Shown: piece by piece, positions 1 through 12,880 of the stretch
Layout: each line of letters starts with the position of its first letter
How positions within the stretch are numbered: position 1 is the stretch's first letter
NCBI RefSeq assembly: GCF_036365525.1
Contig: NC_090373.1
Span: forward strand, 66,284,441 to 66,348,440
Origin: Heterodontus francisci
Lineage: Eukaryota
Reading direction: 5' to 3'
DNA length: 64,000 nucleotides
Program-made: the position numbers and the translations under genes
The notes under the pieces: generated by a model
What the model saw: only the letters and a program-made list of their open reading frames with translations
The model's database searches: none
What the model was told of the DNA's origin: nothing

Positions 1-520
1 TTATTAACCTCAAAACTCTAACTCAGTTAAAGCTACTAAAAATACATGATACAATCATGCTAGCACACAGACGCGATAAACACACACACACATAGATACA
101 GAGGAGGAGAAAGAATTAAAGGGGAAAGGTTTGAAGTAGTAGATGGAATTCAGTTACTGATTTTGCTCCTTGTTTGACACAGCCTTGCCTGCAAGGTTTG
201 TGGATCCCTCAGAGCTTACCAGACACTCTCAGTGTTGGGGGAGGGCGGAGGGGGGAATGCTGGCTCTTACACATTCAATGACTCTCAATGTCTCTTGATC
301 ATCACTATTGACAAAACCCATCTGGCTAATTGGATCAAGGAGTACTCCCATGGTCTGTCCATGCAACTGTCTTTCAGAATGCAAATATGGAGCCATGTTT
401 TCAGCCACTATTCTGTGGTCTTTTTAAACAGGTTTGTTCAAGATTCAGTAACAGTTCAAAATAGTGTTCCATTTGATGAAATTAATATGCTTCTATTTGG
501 CAGGAGTGCTTTCCATCACA
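1..520 (-). mobile_element. Partial LTR of the tRNA-Pro-primed Gypsy (Gmr1-like) family, cut by the window edge
   Basis: 1-135 resembles 4258-4395. 260-520 aligns with 18290-18541, including the shared terminus TTTCCATCACA. CR1 sequence follows directly. Confidence 0.8.
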
Positions 521-1157
521 CAAGTATTAAAGAAGGCTAATGGAATGCTATCCTTTATTATGAAAGGAATTGAAAATAAAAGTAAGGATGTTATTCTTCA
601 GTTATACAGGGCATTGGAGAGACCACATCTCGAATACTGTATGCAGTTTTGGTCTCCTTATTTAAAGAAGGATGTAAATGCGTATGAGGCGGTTCAGAGG
701 TGGTTTACTAGATTGATACCTGAAATGAACGGATTATCTTATGAGGAAAGGTTGGACAGACTGGGCTTGTTTTCTCTGGAATTTAGAAGAGTGAGGGGAG
801 ACTTGATTTAAGTTTATTAGATCTGAATGGTCTTGACAAGGTGGCTATGGAAAGGATGTTTCCTCTTGTGGGTGAGTCCAGAATGAGGGAGCACTGTTTT
901 AAAATTAAGGGTCGCCCTTTTAGGACAGAGACGAGGAGAAATATTTTCTGTCAGAGGGTTGTGCAACTTTGGAACTCTTTGCCTCAGAAGGTGGTGGAGG
1001 CGGGGTCATTGAATATTTTTTAGGCGGAGGTAGATAAATTCTTGTTAGGCAAGGGGATCAAAGGTTATTGGGGGTAGATGGGAGTGTGGAATTTGAGACA
1101 CAAACAGATCAGCCAAGACCTTATTGATTGGCTGCTAATTTGTATGTTCGTATGTTC
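521..1157 (+). mobile_element. CR1 LINE 3' fragment (ORF2 C-terminus and 3' UTR), degenerate
   Basis: ORF 464-811 has LYRALERPHLEYCMQFWSPYLKKD...YEERL...LFSLEFRRVRGDLI. ORF 841-1023 has F-QRVVQLWNSLP. Ends in a short TATGTT-type repeat. Confidence 0.92.
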
Positions 1158-1159
1158 TA

Positions 1160-3810
1160 TCACACAGTCTTGCTTTACCTCAGTCCAGTTTAGAAAATGT
1201 CTGTTTTAGATCTCCCACTCCAGACAGTTGCAGTCATATCATCATGGAGCAATTGCAGGATTGTGATGAAGTTTCTTGGACATCCAAATCTTTGGAGCTC
1301 AATCCACAGAGCCTCGCGATTTACTGAGTCAAATGCTTTGGTCAGGTTGATGACTGTAATGAAGAGCTGGTGTTGTTGTCGACATTTTTCCTGGATTTGT
1401 TGGGCAACAAAGACCATGTCAGAGGTTCCTCTGGCAGGTCTAAAGCCACATTGTGTCTCTGGGAGGATTTGCTCAGCCACAGGAAGTAGGCTATTCAGGA
1501 GAATGTGTGTCAGGATTTTCCCTGCTATGGACAAGAGGGAAATACCTCGATAGTTCCCACAGCGTGATTTATCTCCTTTGTTGAAGATAGTTACAACTGT
1601 TGCATTCCTGAAGTCAGGGCGGGGGTGGGGGGTGCGGGGGCAGGCTGGTGGAGAGGGGGAGTTCTTTTTCCTCCCCAAATTCATAGGATGAGTACATAGA
1701 GTCTTGATGTGAGCAAATGTTCACCGGCTTTAAATACCTCCGCTGGAATACCAACGGGGCTGCAGGCTTTGTTGTATTTCATCCACATGACTGCTGGTTT
1801 CAGATCTCTCATCAGTCGTGGTTCACCCATTGATTCTACCACAGGATACTGGGGGATAGCCTGGAGGTTGTCAGCTGCCATGTAGATTCACAGTTGAGGA
1901 GTTATTCAAAATGTTCTTTCCAGTGTTTAGAGATGACATTGTCACCTGTTAAGAATAGAAACACCATCCTGTGAATGAATGGGATTTTTCCACTTGACCT
2001 CAGTGTATAGACCTCTTGCGCTTTCTCTTCCCACCAGACGTCTCTTATCTTCCGGATTTGTCTTGGGCGTCAGGCTTGAGCTGTTAGTATGCTGCTTTCT
2101 TGAGCTGCGACCTTGGGTTGTTCTGCCAGGCAATGAAGGCTTCTCATTTTTGTTCCAGGAGGTCACATATTTGAGCGTCATTTTCGCTGAACCAGTCTTG
2201 GTGACGGCGATGTCCAAACCCAATGGTCTGGGCACAAGAGTCTATTATAGCTGAATTTATTTGATCCCACTGTTCTGAAGTTGAGTTGCAAGTGCGAAGA
2301 TTTTCCAGATTGGTCACGAGCTACACTAGGAATTCCTCTCTTCAGTTGGGCTTTTTTAGGGCTATGACATTGATCTTCTTCCTCTTGGACTTTTGGGTCT
2401 TGCGACATCTTGGTGCTCAGTGGCTGTTCATCACCGATCAAACAATTCAGTGATCTGTCCAGCAGGCATCAGTTCCCTGCATGGATCGAGTGATACTGAT
2501 ATCACTTAGATCTTTGACCTGAACAATGGCATATTCAGCAGGTGCCAATGCTTTGATCTAGGATGCCTCCATGTGGTTTTATATTGCCCTTTTGGCAGAA
2601 GAGGCTGTTTGTAAGAATGGGGCCTTGCTGAGCACACATTGTCAGCAGGAGAACGCCATTTGCATTGGCTTTTCCCTCCCCATTTTTTTCACTCCAGACT
2701 TCAGAATCACAGCCAACTGTGGCATTAAAGTACCCTAGAAGGATGATTTTTTTTCTTTTTTTGGAATGGCAGAGAGCAGTTCATCAAGGTTCCTTAACAT
2801 GTTCTTCGGAGTCAAGTGTCAAGGCATCAGCGCTGATGATGGTGGCATATGGTTTTAGCTGAACTGTAAGTGAAGTGTCATGAGTCTTTCATTTATGCAG
2901 CTGGGGAGTTCTGGCGGTGCATCCAATATCCTATTCTGGATGGCAAAACCAACTCTGTGAACACGACTGTCGCTGTCAGCCTTTCTTTTCCAGTAGAAGG
3001 TGTATTTCCCTGCTTGTTGCTTCAGCTGCCCCTCCCCAGAAAGACGGGTCTCACTGAGGGCGGCAATGTCAATTTGGAGTCTTGATAGCTCAGGTGATAC
3101 GAATGCAGTTCTCCTTTCCGGATGGAAACACTTGAGATTATCCATGAGTGTTCTGACATTCTAAGTTGCAAAATTTAAAATTTTCTTTCTTTGACCATGA
3201 AGTCGGTGATCCCGCAGGTACCCCAGCCAGGAGACATTGGACAGCCTATTTGTAGTGCACCTTTTCTAGCCCCCTCCCCATTTGGGGTGAGCAGAGGGTA
3301 TCCTGAAGAGGGCTGCCCAGTCACAGGTGCTGCTGCCCAAAGACACCCCTGTCCCAACACAGATGTCCAAAGACCTTTATGCATCTATCGTCTATGTGCA
3401 GATTCTTGACGAGGGTCTTCCAGGTACACTGTCCTGTCCCTGTCGCCAATTCTCCATCGCCACAGGACTTGACAAATAGACCCTGGTAGAAGCCTGCAAG
3501 TGACTTTGTTTAAGGTGGGGACCTTGGGGCGCTGTCATTGTCCACATGATGTTGGTGGTCAAATTTCGGTGCCGTGTCAAACCACGAAGACCACCTTGCC
3601 GCTGCAGCCTTCTTCCATGTTCATAGCCAATGAGACACACAATCTTCCTTCGCCTGTTCTGCTGTTGAGGACTTTTGGCACCGCACTTTGTCTGGCACCT
3701 CTCTTCGACCTTGCCGCCATGGGTGGCCCTTCCAAGAGAAAGGCATTGCTCAAGGGAACATTGGAGCACACAAGCCTCTCTATGATGTCAAGGTGGTGAT
3801 CCATGGAGGG
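1160..3810 (-). mobile_element. RTE-clade LINE, decayed (5' UTR, APE endonuclease, start of RT; 3' part missing)
   Basis: ORF 2855-3145 RRTAFVSPELSRLQIDIAALSETRLSGEGQL is an RTE-type APE. ORF 1190-1684 NYRGISLLSIAGKIL...QCGFRPARGTSDMVF...KAFDSVNR is RT. Many frameshifts. Confidence 0.9.
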
Positions 3811-4063
3811 GAAAAAAAGCAATATACATAAAAAGAGAGAGAGAGAAAATGATCCCTTCCTGGAAAACTGGTAGTATCTGTTTCATGGTGATGCAATCAT
3901 TCTGTTTTTATGCTATGGGATGTATCTGAGTTATTTGGAGATTGCATTTCATCTGTTTTTTATCATGAAAATTACAAAGGAACAATCTTGTAAATAGAGA
4001 ATTGAATACCAAAAAATTCAGGAATTTGAATCAACTATTTATCACTGAGGTTTTTCTTTAAGT

Positions 4064-4851
4064 TGTTACGACCAGGTGAGAAAGGTGTCTAGGGGTCTTT
4101 TGCTGTCTTCACCTGATCTTAATGTAACAGGGTTTAATTTTAAACACATTGTGTTTTGAGCTCCCCCTTTGTGAATCCTTGTTCACAGCTTTCCAATTAT
4201 AAGGCAAAGAAATTAACACACCAGGTTTTCTTTAGGTTTAAAGATGAAAAGTAAAATTTATTAAACCTTAAACTTAAACTCTAATACGGTTAACGCCTAT
4301 GGATATACGACATACCCACGCTTGCATGCACATGCGATGCACACATGCAGATAGGGACAGAAAGGAGGAGAGGAAAATATAAGGTGAAAGGTTTGAGGTA
4401 GTCTCTGAAGGGGGTTTCAGGTTACTGTTTCTGTGGTTCCAGCTCGCTGTAGAGTCTTTGATTGTAGGCAGCTCTTACATTTCATTGGGGCCCAGTATTC
4501 TTCTTAAAACCTTGTTCAACATAGGAGACTTTTCTCTCTTTGAGGTTCTCATGTCCTCAGTGTTTTCTGAAGCTGGTATGAGCGAGATGAGAGCAGACAG
4601 GAGAACGATGTTCTCAAACCAGGAGCATTCTGATTTCAAACACTGTTTTCTCCAATTTAAAACTCTCAGTTCAAACCTCTGCAACAGCCAATTAGTCTGA
4701 CTACTTCTTCTGTGTATTGGGGAAGGAACAACTGTGTCCCCAATGTTCCAACACTGTCTTTCCAGTCAGGGGCTTGCAATTTTAAGCTTTAATGATCATG
4801 TGGTGAAATAATGTCTGTTTCAGTTTTGGCAGGTGGGGGGCTTGCCTGACA
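4064..4851 (-). mobile_element. Solo LTR, Pro-primed Gypsy family
   Basis: TGTTACGACC...CCTGACA termini; flanks AAGT/AAAT (3 of 4 match, TSD-like); collinear with 20707-21505. Orientation inferred from the PBS-bearing copy at 11629. Confidence 0.88.
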
Positions 4852-5259
4852 AAATATAAATGTGTTGGATTCCCTACCACCGGGAGTACTATACTATGAT
4901 GGGGGCATAAGAAAGGTAATTTTCCTCTAGATTTTTTTTACTGTTTATTGACCTTTTTATCTTTGATTTTGCTGACTGGCTGAATGTTCATTCAGTTCAC
5001 AGTTTGAATGAAAAACTGCTAACAAAAGTCGAGGGTTTAAGGTTAGAAAAGGCTGTAGAGGGGGAGGGGAGAAAGGAAGCACGCCCCCTCACCACAAATG
5101 GCTCTTCAACCACCGCTTGATCTCAAATGGCAAACATGTGAGATTGAAAAATGTAACTGTTAATAAATGCTCCATTCTAGGTGCTTCTGATTGAGATGGG
5201 AGGCTGAAAAACATACTGAATGGCAGATAAATTTATGAAGTTCTGTGCTGCTGCGGCAC

Positions 5260-7600
5260 AGCAATAGTTTCTTTTCTTACCCATATGGTGTTCACACCTG
5301 AGTCCCACAAGCATCTGTCATTAGCTGCCTCCTCTTCCTTATATATTTGCTGCCACTTGACAACTTTTTTTTTTATATTTCCAAAATATACTTTATTCAT
5401 AAAAATCTGTAAAAAATACAGTACCAAACAGTTTCAAACAGCACCAAGTCAAAAAATACAAACAGTGCAAAGGAGACCAGTTTCCTTCAATACAGGAGTG
5501 AGTTGCCTCACAACCCTTCCATGTCATTTGTCATGCCATATACATTTTTACATTTTACAGCACACGTAATTTTCCCGATACAGTTCGAGGGGTTTTCCAT
5601 GGATCCAGCCCCTCAGTTCACTTTGGTGGGAGGACCTTACACTGTGGTCTTTCCCCATTGAGCCTTTGCTGTGGCTGCCCCAAGCTTTAGTGCGTCCCTC
5701 AGCACGTAGTCCTGGACCTTGGAATGTGCCAGTCTGCAACATTCGGTCGTGGACAACATTTTGCGCTGGAAGACCAGCAAGTTTCGGGCAGACCAAAGGG
5801 CGTCTTTCACCGAATTGATAGTCCTCCAGCAGCAGTTGATATTTATCTCGGTGTGCGTCCCTGGGAACAGCCCGTAGAGCACAGACTCCTGTATTACAGA
5901 GCTGCTTGGGATGAACCTCGACAAAAACCACTGCATCTCTTTCCACACCTGCTTTGCAAAGACACAATCCAGAAGGAGGTGGGCAACCATCTCTTCCCCA
6001 CCACAGCCACTGCGAGGGCATTGTGCGGAGGGGGTGAGACTTCAGGCGTGCAGGAAGGATCTGACGGGGCGGGGTCTTCTCACCACCAGCCAAGCTACAT
6101 CTTGGTGTTTTTTTGAAAGTTCTGGTGATGAGACATTCCGCCAAATGACTTTGGCGGTCTGCTCGGGGAACCATCCGACAGGATCCACCATCTCCATTTC
6201 CAGCAGGGCCTTGAGGACATTCCGTGCAGACCACTGCCTGATGGATCGGTAGTTAAAGGTGTTTTTCTGCAGAAACTGCTCCATGAAGGATAGGTGGTAC
6301 GGCACAGTCCAACTGGATGGAGTGTTCGCAGCAATGTGACCAGGCCCATCCTTCGCAACACCGGGGACAGATAGAACCTCAGCACGTAGTGACACTTCGA
6401 GTTTGCATACTGGAGGTCTACACACAGCTTGATGCAGCCGCACACGAAAGTAGTCATCAGGATGAGGGCGATGTTGGGTACATTTTTCCCGCCCTTATCC
6501 AGAGGTTTGAACATCGTGTCCCTCCAGACCCGGTCCATTTTAGATCCCCAGATGAAGTGGAAAATGGCTCAGGTGACCACCACAGTGCAGGAGTGGGGTA
6601 TGGGCCAGACCTGCACCACGTACAGCAACAACATGAGCGCCTTGCACCTGATGACCAGGTTCTTACCCACAATGGAGAGAGATCGCTGCTCCCACGTGTT
6701 CAGCTTGTGTTGTACCCTGGCTACTCGCTCCTCCCAGGTTTTGGTGCACGCCCTGGCCCTTCCGAACCATATCCCCAACACCTTCAGGTAATCTGACCTG
6801 ATGTTGAAGGGGACAAAGGATTGGTCGACCCAGTTCCCAAAGAACATGGCCTCGCTCTTGCCGTGGTTAACTTTGGCTCCCGAGGCCAGTTCGAACTGGT
6901 CGCAGATGCTCATCAGTCTGCGCACAGACAGTGGGTCCGAGCAGAAGACGGCGACGTCATCCATGCACAGGGAGGTTTTATCCAGAGTGCCTCCACTGCC
7001 TGGGATTGTCACCCCTCTTATGCTCGCATCCTTCCTAATAGACTCAGCAAAGGGTTCAATACAGCAAATAAACAAGACAGGGGAGAGAGGACAGCCCTGT
7101 CTGACTCCAGATTGGATCGGGAAACTATCTGATTCCCACCCATTGATTGAGACTGCGCTACTGATGTTTGTGTAGAGCAGTTTGATCCAATTGCAGATTC
7201 CCTCCCCAAACCCCATTTTGGAAAGCACGTCCATCATGTAGGTGTGCGATATCTTGTCAAAAGCCTTATCCTGGTCCAGGCTGATGAGGCAGGTGTCCAC
7301 CCTCCTGTCCCGTACATAGGCTGCCACTTGACAACATCATTCAAAAACATGGAGTTGGCTTCTACATGTATGCTGACAACATCCAAGTCTATGTCTCTAC
7401 TACCTTTTTCAACCTCTTCACTGCCACTGTATCCTTAGTTTTGGATGAGCGGCTATTTCCTCCAGCTAAACATTGAGAATACCAAAGGCATCATTTATAG
7501 CCAGTGCCATAACCTTTGTACCCTTGCCACCAACTTCAAACCCTTCCTTGGCACATTCTCATACTAAACAAGAATGCTTGCAACTTCAGCAACCTATTCA
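5260..7600 (+). mobile_element. Old L2 LINE RT fragment, split by a Tx1 insertion
   Basis: The left flank resembles the L2 GVPQGS..GPLLF region. The right flank encodes YMYADNIQVY (decayed YADD) at about 7363-7395. The two halves join once Tx1 and one TSD copy are removed. Confidence 0.75.
5365..7319 (-). mobile_element. L1/Tx1-clade LINE, 5'-truncated (RT and C-terminal CCHC region), frameshifted
   Basis: ORF 6569-7327 SLDQDKAFD...GVRQGCPLSPVLF...CMDD. Poly(A) tail with AATAAA on the minus strand. 16-bp TSD GCTGCCACTTGACAAC at 5349-5364 and 7320-7335. Confidence 0.93.
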
Positions 7601-8669
7601 TATAGAATACTCTATTTTATAATAACAGGTGTTTGATGGCCAAAAGGTGTCAGCTAAAGTGTGACATGCAGTAAGCATTCTGCTTTCAGGAAGTCCACGC
7701 CATATACATGACTTTTAATAAGTTACTAGACACTTTCTGTTGCATTACAGTTGTTTGGGTATAATATGCTTTGGGATGTCCTGTGTTTGTGAAAGGCACT
7801 ATAAATCCAAGTCTGTCTTTCTTTACACATGAGCCAATTTTAATGCTGCCTGCTGCCAGAAACCAAACTGCTGGGCAGTTAAAATCACCCGTGGGACTTA
7901 TCAGTTGACATTCCTATCCCTTCCCACGGTCTTCCATTTTAACCTGCAAACCTGAGCTGGATTGTTGGACATTCACTGGCAGTCGAAGGATCCTTCTTTA
8001 AATATACAGATTGGGCCTTAAGTGCTGACTTCAAGTGAAGTGAGGCGAGAGGTTATGAGTTATTTGGATCAGGGCACTCGGCTATAATTTGGTCTCAATT
8101 TAAAGATCATATATTCTATCCTTATTATTGTGTTGCCTTTATAAATTCTAATGCTCACATTTATAATGGAGGCTGCCTATGCAAAGTTGTCATGTGCCTC
8201 TACTGGGTGAGGAAGTAATTACAGTGCTATATGTTTATATAAGCAGTTTCCATTATAAATATGGACATAGCATTTATAGTGGAAATACCTGACAAGTATT
8301 ATGTGCAGATGTAAAGCTTTTAATATACTATTGATAGATGTTTGCATGGTGAATGTGCTATTGGTGCATTAACATTTGGCAGGTTGTTAAAAGCAGCCTT
8401 TGAGCAAGTCACTGCTTGGTATTGTGATCCATGACCAAATGTTTATGTGTGTCCCTGATCCAGCCTATCCTATACTTAACTTGGGGAAACTTGATGCTAA
8501 CACATGATGCCTGCAGTGGGAAAGCATTCAATTTCCAGTCCTAATATCTCTCACCTTCATGAGCAGAAAAAAAATATGGAAAAGAAAATTAAAGACTGCT
8601 AATATGCTAATATTAGCAGCCTCGGCCCTACATTCTGGAATTCCCTCCCTAACCCTCTCTGCCTCTCCA

Positions 8670-8921
8670 CGTGGTATAAGGGTATAAAGGGTTAATATTG
8701 AAGACAGTGAGTGGGACCTCTCCCACTGTACTAATCATGATGTAACAGTCACATGAGATAGGCTTGAGAAAAAGAAGGTATAGCAGCATGAAGGATGCTA
8801 GCTTAGGTGGCTTGCTGAGAGTGTCTATAGTAGCCGTAAATAGTAGCGAGTTGTTAGTTAACCTTTACTGGAGTCCAAGACCTTCTCTAGAAGGCCCTAC
8901 AACGCTCCTAATACGACAACA
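8670..8921 (+). repeat. 5' LTR of the Mag-like element
   Basis: Direct repeat of 20099-20355 (shared blocks such as AAGGATGCTAGCTTAGGTGGCTT and TAGTTAACCTTTAC); ends in CAACA followed by TGGTGTCA. Confidence 0.88.
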
Positions 8922-9728
8922 TGGTGTCACTGGTGAAAGTGACCAGGAGAATTTGAAGATCTCCTTACCTTTGGAAGAAACACTAGGGGAAGAACAGAGA
9001 AATTTAAAGATAAATACTGGCCCGGTACAGTAAGAAAACTGCTTACTGGCAGAAGAGGCTGTGAAGAGTTCTGCAACCTCTCAGACCAGACCACAGCAGT
9101 GTGGGGCTCTGCGTCGGTACTTCCAGCATGTCCAGTGGTTGGGTCTGAGTATACATGCTGGGCGATGATCCAGGATCAGTGAGACAGTGAAACTGGCCAT
9201 TTATTTAAGTGACACACTGGGAAAAAAAATCAGTGCAGAACACGATCTCGGTTGAATCGACGATTAGGGAAGTGAGCACAGTCGGTAGCCATTGCCCACC
9301 CTCGCCAGGGAGAAAAAGCGCAGTAATCATCAGAAAGTGCGGGAAGGGGCGTGGTGCTTGGGAAAGCCCCAAACAGAATGGGAACACCTCAAGCCAAGCC
9401 TGCAAAATTAAAAATTAAAGAAGAACACCCTAGCAAAGTCTAACAAACAAAGGAAGCAATATTTATCCAAAATTGGGAATTTCCGAGACTTTCTAGAATC
9501 AAGAAGGTCCCAAATTGTCTGGTGTGGTGAAAAAGCTTCTTAAAGTTCAGAATTGCTTCTCAACTCCAGACCAAATCTGAAGTGGAGCAAGTGAACACAC
9601 TCCTGTATTCAGTAGGAGCGATAGCAGACGATGTAATTGTCTGACATTGGATCAACAAGACTACTGATAAATTCAAAGAGGTACTCCAAGCCTTTGATAA
9701 ATATTTTAATCTCTGCACCAATAAAATC

Positions 9729-10271
9729 TTGAAAAGTGCCAAATTTAATAAGCGGGCACAGATGATTGGCGAAGCGGTAGACTCCTATCTTAAGGACCTT
9801 TACAGAATAGCAGAAGGTTGCAGATATAGCGAATTAAAGGCAGAACTAATCAGAGGCTGGATAATCACTGGTGTGGTGTATGAATCCTTGTCAGACCTAT
9901 TGCAATCCAAGGAAAACCTTACACTGGAAAAGGCCATTCAAACTATAAGACAGGCGGAGGTTCGCAAACAGAATAGAGATATCCCACGAGCTGAAGACAA
10001 GCCATGGATGAGAAGGAGCCCAAATGCCGTCCAATTTGTTAAGCCAAAGCCAAGGAAAAACTTTGAGGGACATAAAAAGCATGCAGGTGAAAAAGGGCAT
10101 GAAATAGGAAAACCTTGCCAATATTGTGGAGCCGAGAAGATCCACAATCGAAAGCAGTGCCCAGCAAGTAAAGCTGAGTGTTTTAAGTGTGGAAAAACTG
10201 GACACTATGGGAAGATGTGCCACAGCAAAATTTCTTTGCTTAAAGGTACAAAGCAGAAGACCTTCACGTAA
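9729..10271 (+). pseudogene. gag: Gypsy gag fragment (capsid-like region and two zinc knuckles)
   Basis: FNKRAQ..GEAVDSYLKDL...LTLEKAIQTIRQAE; CQYCG..H...C and CFKCGKTGHYGKMC. The upstream part is disrupted. Confidence 0.88.
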
Positions 10272-10380
10272 AGAGCAGTGAATCAGGCACAGCAATACCC
10301 ATGAGAGAAAGAACCAGGAGAGTTCTTGGGAGAAATCAAAATCCAGACCAAGAATTTTAAGCTTGACACAGGGGCAGGAG

Positions 10381-11055
10381 CACAAGAACACAAGAAATAG
10401 GAGCAAAAGTCGACCATATGGCCCATCGAGCCTGCTTCGCCATTCAATGCGATCATGGCTGATCTTGGGCTTCAACTCCACTTTCCTTCCCACTCGATTC
10501 CCTGTGAGACCAAAAATCTATCTATCCCAGCCTTAAATGTATTCAACGATGGAGTATCCACAACCTTCTGGGTTAGAGATTCCAAGATTCACAACCCTTT
10601 GAGTGCAGTAATTTCTCCTCATCTCAGTCCTGAATCATTGACCCCTTATCCTGAGACTGTGTCCCTGTGTTCTAGATTCCCTGACCAGTGGAAACAATCT
10701 CTCAGCTTCTACCCTATCAAGCCCTTTCAGAATCTTGTATGTCTCAATTAGATCGCTTCTCATTCTTCTCAACTCCAGAGAATATAGGCCCAATTTACTT
10801 AGCCTCTTGACATAGGACAACCTCCTCATCCCAGGGACCAATTTAGTAAATCTTTGCTGCACTGTCTTCAGTGCAACTATATCCTTTCTTAAATGTGGAG
10901 ACCCAAAACTGCACAGAGTATTCCAGGTTCGGTGTCACCAAATCCCTGTACAATTTTAGTAAGACTTCTTTATCCCTGTACTCCAATCCCCTTGAAATAA
11001 AGGTTAACATGCCATTTGCCTTCCTTATAGCTTGCTGCACCTGCAAGTAAACTTT
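10381..11055 (-). mobile_element. CR1 LINE 3' fragment
   Basis: KANGMLTFISRGLEY...LYRDLVTPNLEYSVQFW; ORF 10635-10862 LYSLELRRMRSDLIETYKIL; terminal repeat (TTCTTGTG)n at 10381-10396. Confidence 0.92.
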
Positions 11056-12620
11056 ATACTTTCCGTTGGGTCCTGGGCTGGAGTCAGATCTTTCCTCACC
11101 AGAACTTTCACTGGAATCAAGACCATCCTTTTGTCTTAGTTCCATTCTTTTTAATTCAAATTCCCTTCCTTCTCTTTCACTTTCTCTTTGAAATTTTAGT
11201 TCAAGTTTCTTCATTGCCAATTCTCTTTCCTGCTTTTCCCTTTCAAGTTCAAGCTGCTTCATCTGCAACTGAATTTTATCTAATTCAACTGCACTACCAT
11301 CTTGTTCGCGTTTTTCTTCTTTCAATTGCAAATGCTGTGCTATTTCTTCAATTATGTGTGCTTTCTTAACTCCTTGTTTTAACTCTACCCCCAATTTTGA
11401 TGCCAATGCTATTAGCTTAACCTTGGTTAAGTTTCTCCAATCACTCAGGTATCAGTCCTCCTTCTCCAGAAAGGTCGTAGCAACTGACAAATACATTCTG
11501 GTAATGAAAACTTTATTCTAGTGCACAAAAAGCCTATTTTTTTTTACTTTTCTTCTTTTCAATTATTATTACCCCACTTACAATTGCATGTCACAGGCGT
11601 TGGGTTACCCCGGACGAGCCCCCAATTATGTTACGACCAAGGTGGGAGGAGTGCATTGTCTTTTCTAGTTCCACTTTTCCACTGTCACAACATACATTTA
11701 AATGTTTACCCAGTTACTGATGCTGTCAATCATATACTCTACTCTTTATCCCAGAACAAACTACACCAACCAGGTTTCTTTAATAAACAACAAAATTATC
11801 AGTTTATTATAAAACAAAACTTAACCAGTAATGAAGCAAAGCATTAACACACAGATTGGAATAAGAAAGTTCCCTTTTTACCTTAGCCCCCCCCGCCCCC
11901 CCGCCACACACACACATAGACACACACACCGGTGAACCGAAAAGTAAAGAGATTTTCTCTTTCGAGCTCTGTTGCAAAAAAACAGACAAAAAAGAATACT
12001 TTGGCCAAATACTTGCTAATTCTTGAAGAGAAAAAGAGAAGATATGGAAGAATTTCAATTGTCCCCTTTTGATCTGGCATCCTGGTATACGTAGAACGGC
12101 CGTCATTGGGATCTGTCTAGAGCAGTTCTTTTCAGGTAATGTTGAGGATCAGTTTAGCAAGCTTTTCAGGAGAAATGCAGCAACGGTTTCTCTATTTCTT
12201 ACAATTCATTCTCAGGAAGTTCTCAAAGAGATGGAAGAGGGTGCTGATGGTGACTGCTTTCTTGGCTGGTTTTCTCCAACGGCCTTCAAAACAATCACAC
12301 CCCAACACACTGTCCAAAGTGAAACCAAAAACAATATCTCAAGAGTCAAGCCTCCTGACCCCTATAAATCTTGACTTGTCACTTCTCTGTAAACATCTCT
12401 CCCAAGTCAAAAAGCTCCTGCTGGATATTTATCTGAAGTCAGGTGACTTCCAGTAAATATTGTTTTCAAACAAGACCTCTCAGTATCCTTTCAATGACCC
12501 CAGTGGAAAAAAACATCCATGGAATCCTTTTCATTTTTCCAAGTTAACCAATGTCCATAATTCAAAATACATGAGCCCTCAAAAAAACTTAACAAAAGAT
12601 ATAGAAGCATCATCATAACA
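11056..12620 (-). mobile_element. 5' portion of a Gmr1-like Gypsy element: 5' LTR (12620-11629), PBS and gag N-terminus
   Basis: LTR with TG...CA termini, followed on the minus strand by a Pro PBS and a coiled-coil gag segment (ELEREKQERELAMKKLELK). An in-frame ATG at 11496 is followed by one stop. Truncated at the CR1 junction. The Gmr1 assignment is inference. Confidence 0.8.
11607..11624 (-). promoter_or_regulatory. Primer-binding site complementary to the tRNA-Pro 3' end
   Basis: Minus strand TGGGGGCTCGTCCGGGGT matches the canonical Pro PBS TGGGGGCTCGTCCGGGAT at 17 of 18 positions and lies 4 nt from the LTR end. Confidence 0.92.
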
Positions 12621-12880
12621 GAATGGTAAATCAATTAACAAAGTTTTTACCTCAGTTTTTAACTGATCCACTGAGATAATTTCTAAGAAAACTGCAAGCA
12701 TGGTGTAGGGATGCCCACCAGGAATAAGCATTCCAGAAAATTAAAGCGATGCTAATTTCTCCAGACGTGTTGGCTCACTACAATCCTATACTACTTATGA
12801 CAATAGCAGCAGATGCCTCGTCAGATGGCTTCGGTGCTGTTCCTTTTCAGGAACAACCAGTTGGTTTCCATAGACCCATA

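Noticed and set aside
5548-7175. Multiple overlapping ORFs on both strands, also at 57303-58423
   Set aside because: Alternative and antisense frames of GC-rich Tx1 coding sequence.
10843-11406. 187-aa coiled-coil ORF as a host gene
   Set aside because: It is a chance in-frame fusion of Gypsy gag and CR1 ORF2, and the upstream gag frame contains a stop.
11607-11624. tRNA-Pro gene
   Set aside because: Only the 18-nt 3' end including CCA is present, next to an LTR, so it is a PBS. SINE heads elsewhere are likewise not tRNA genes.
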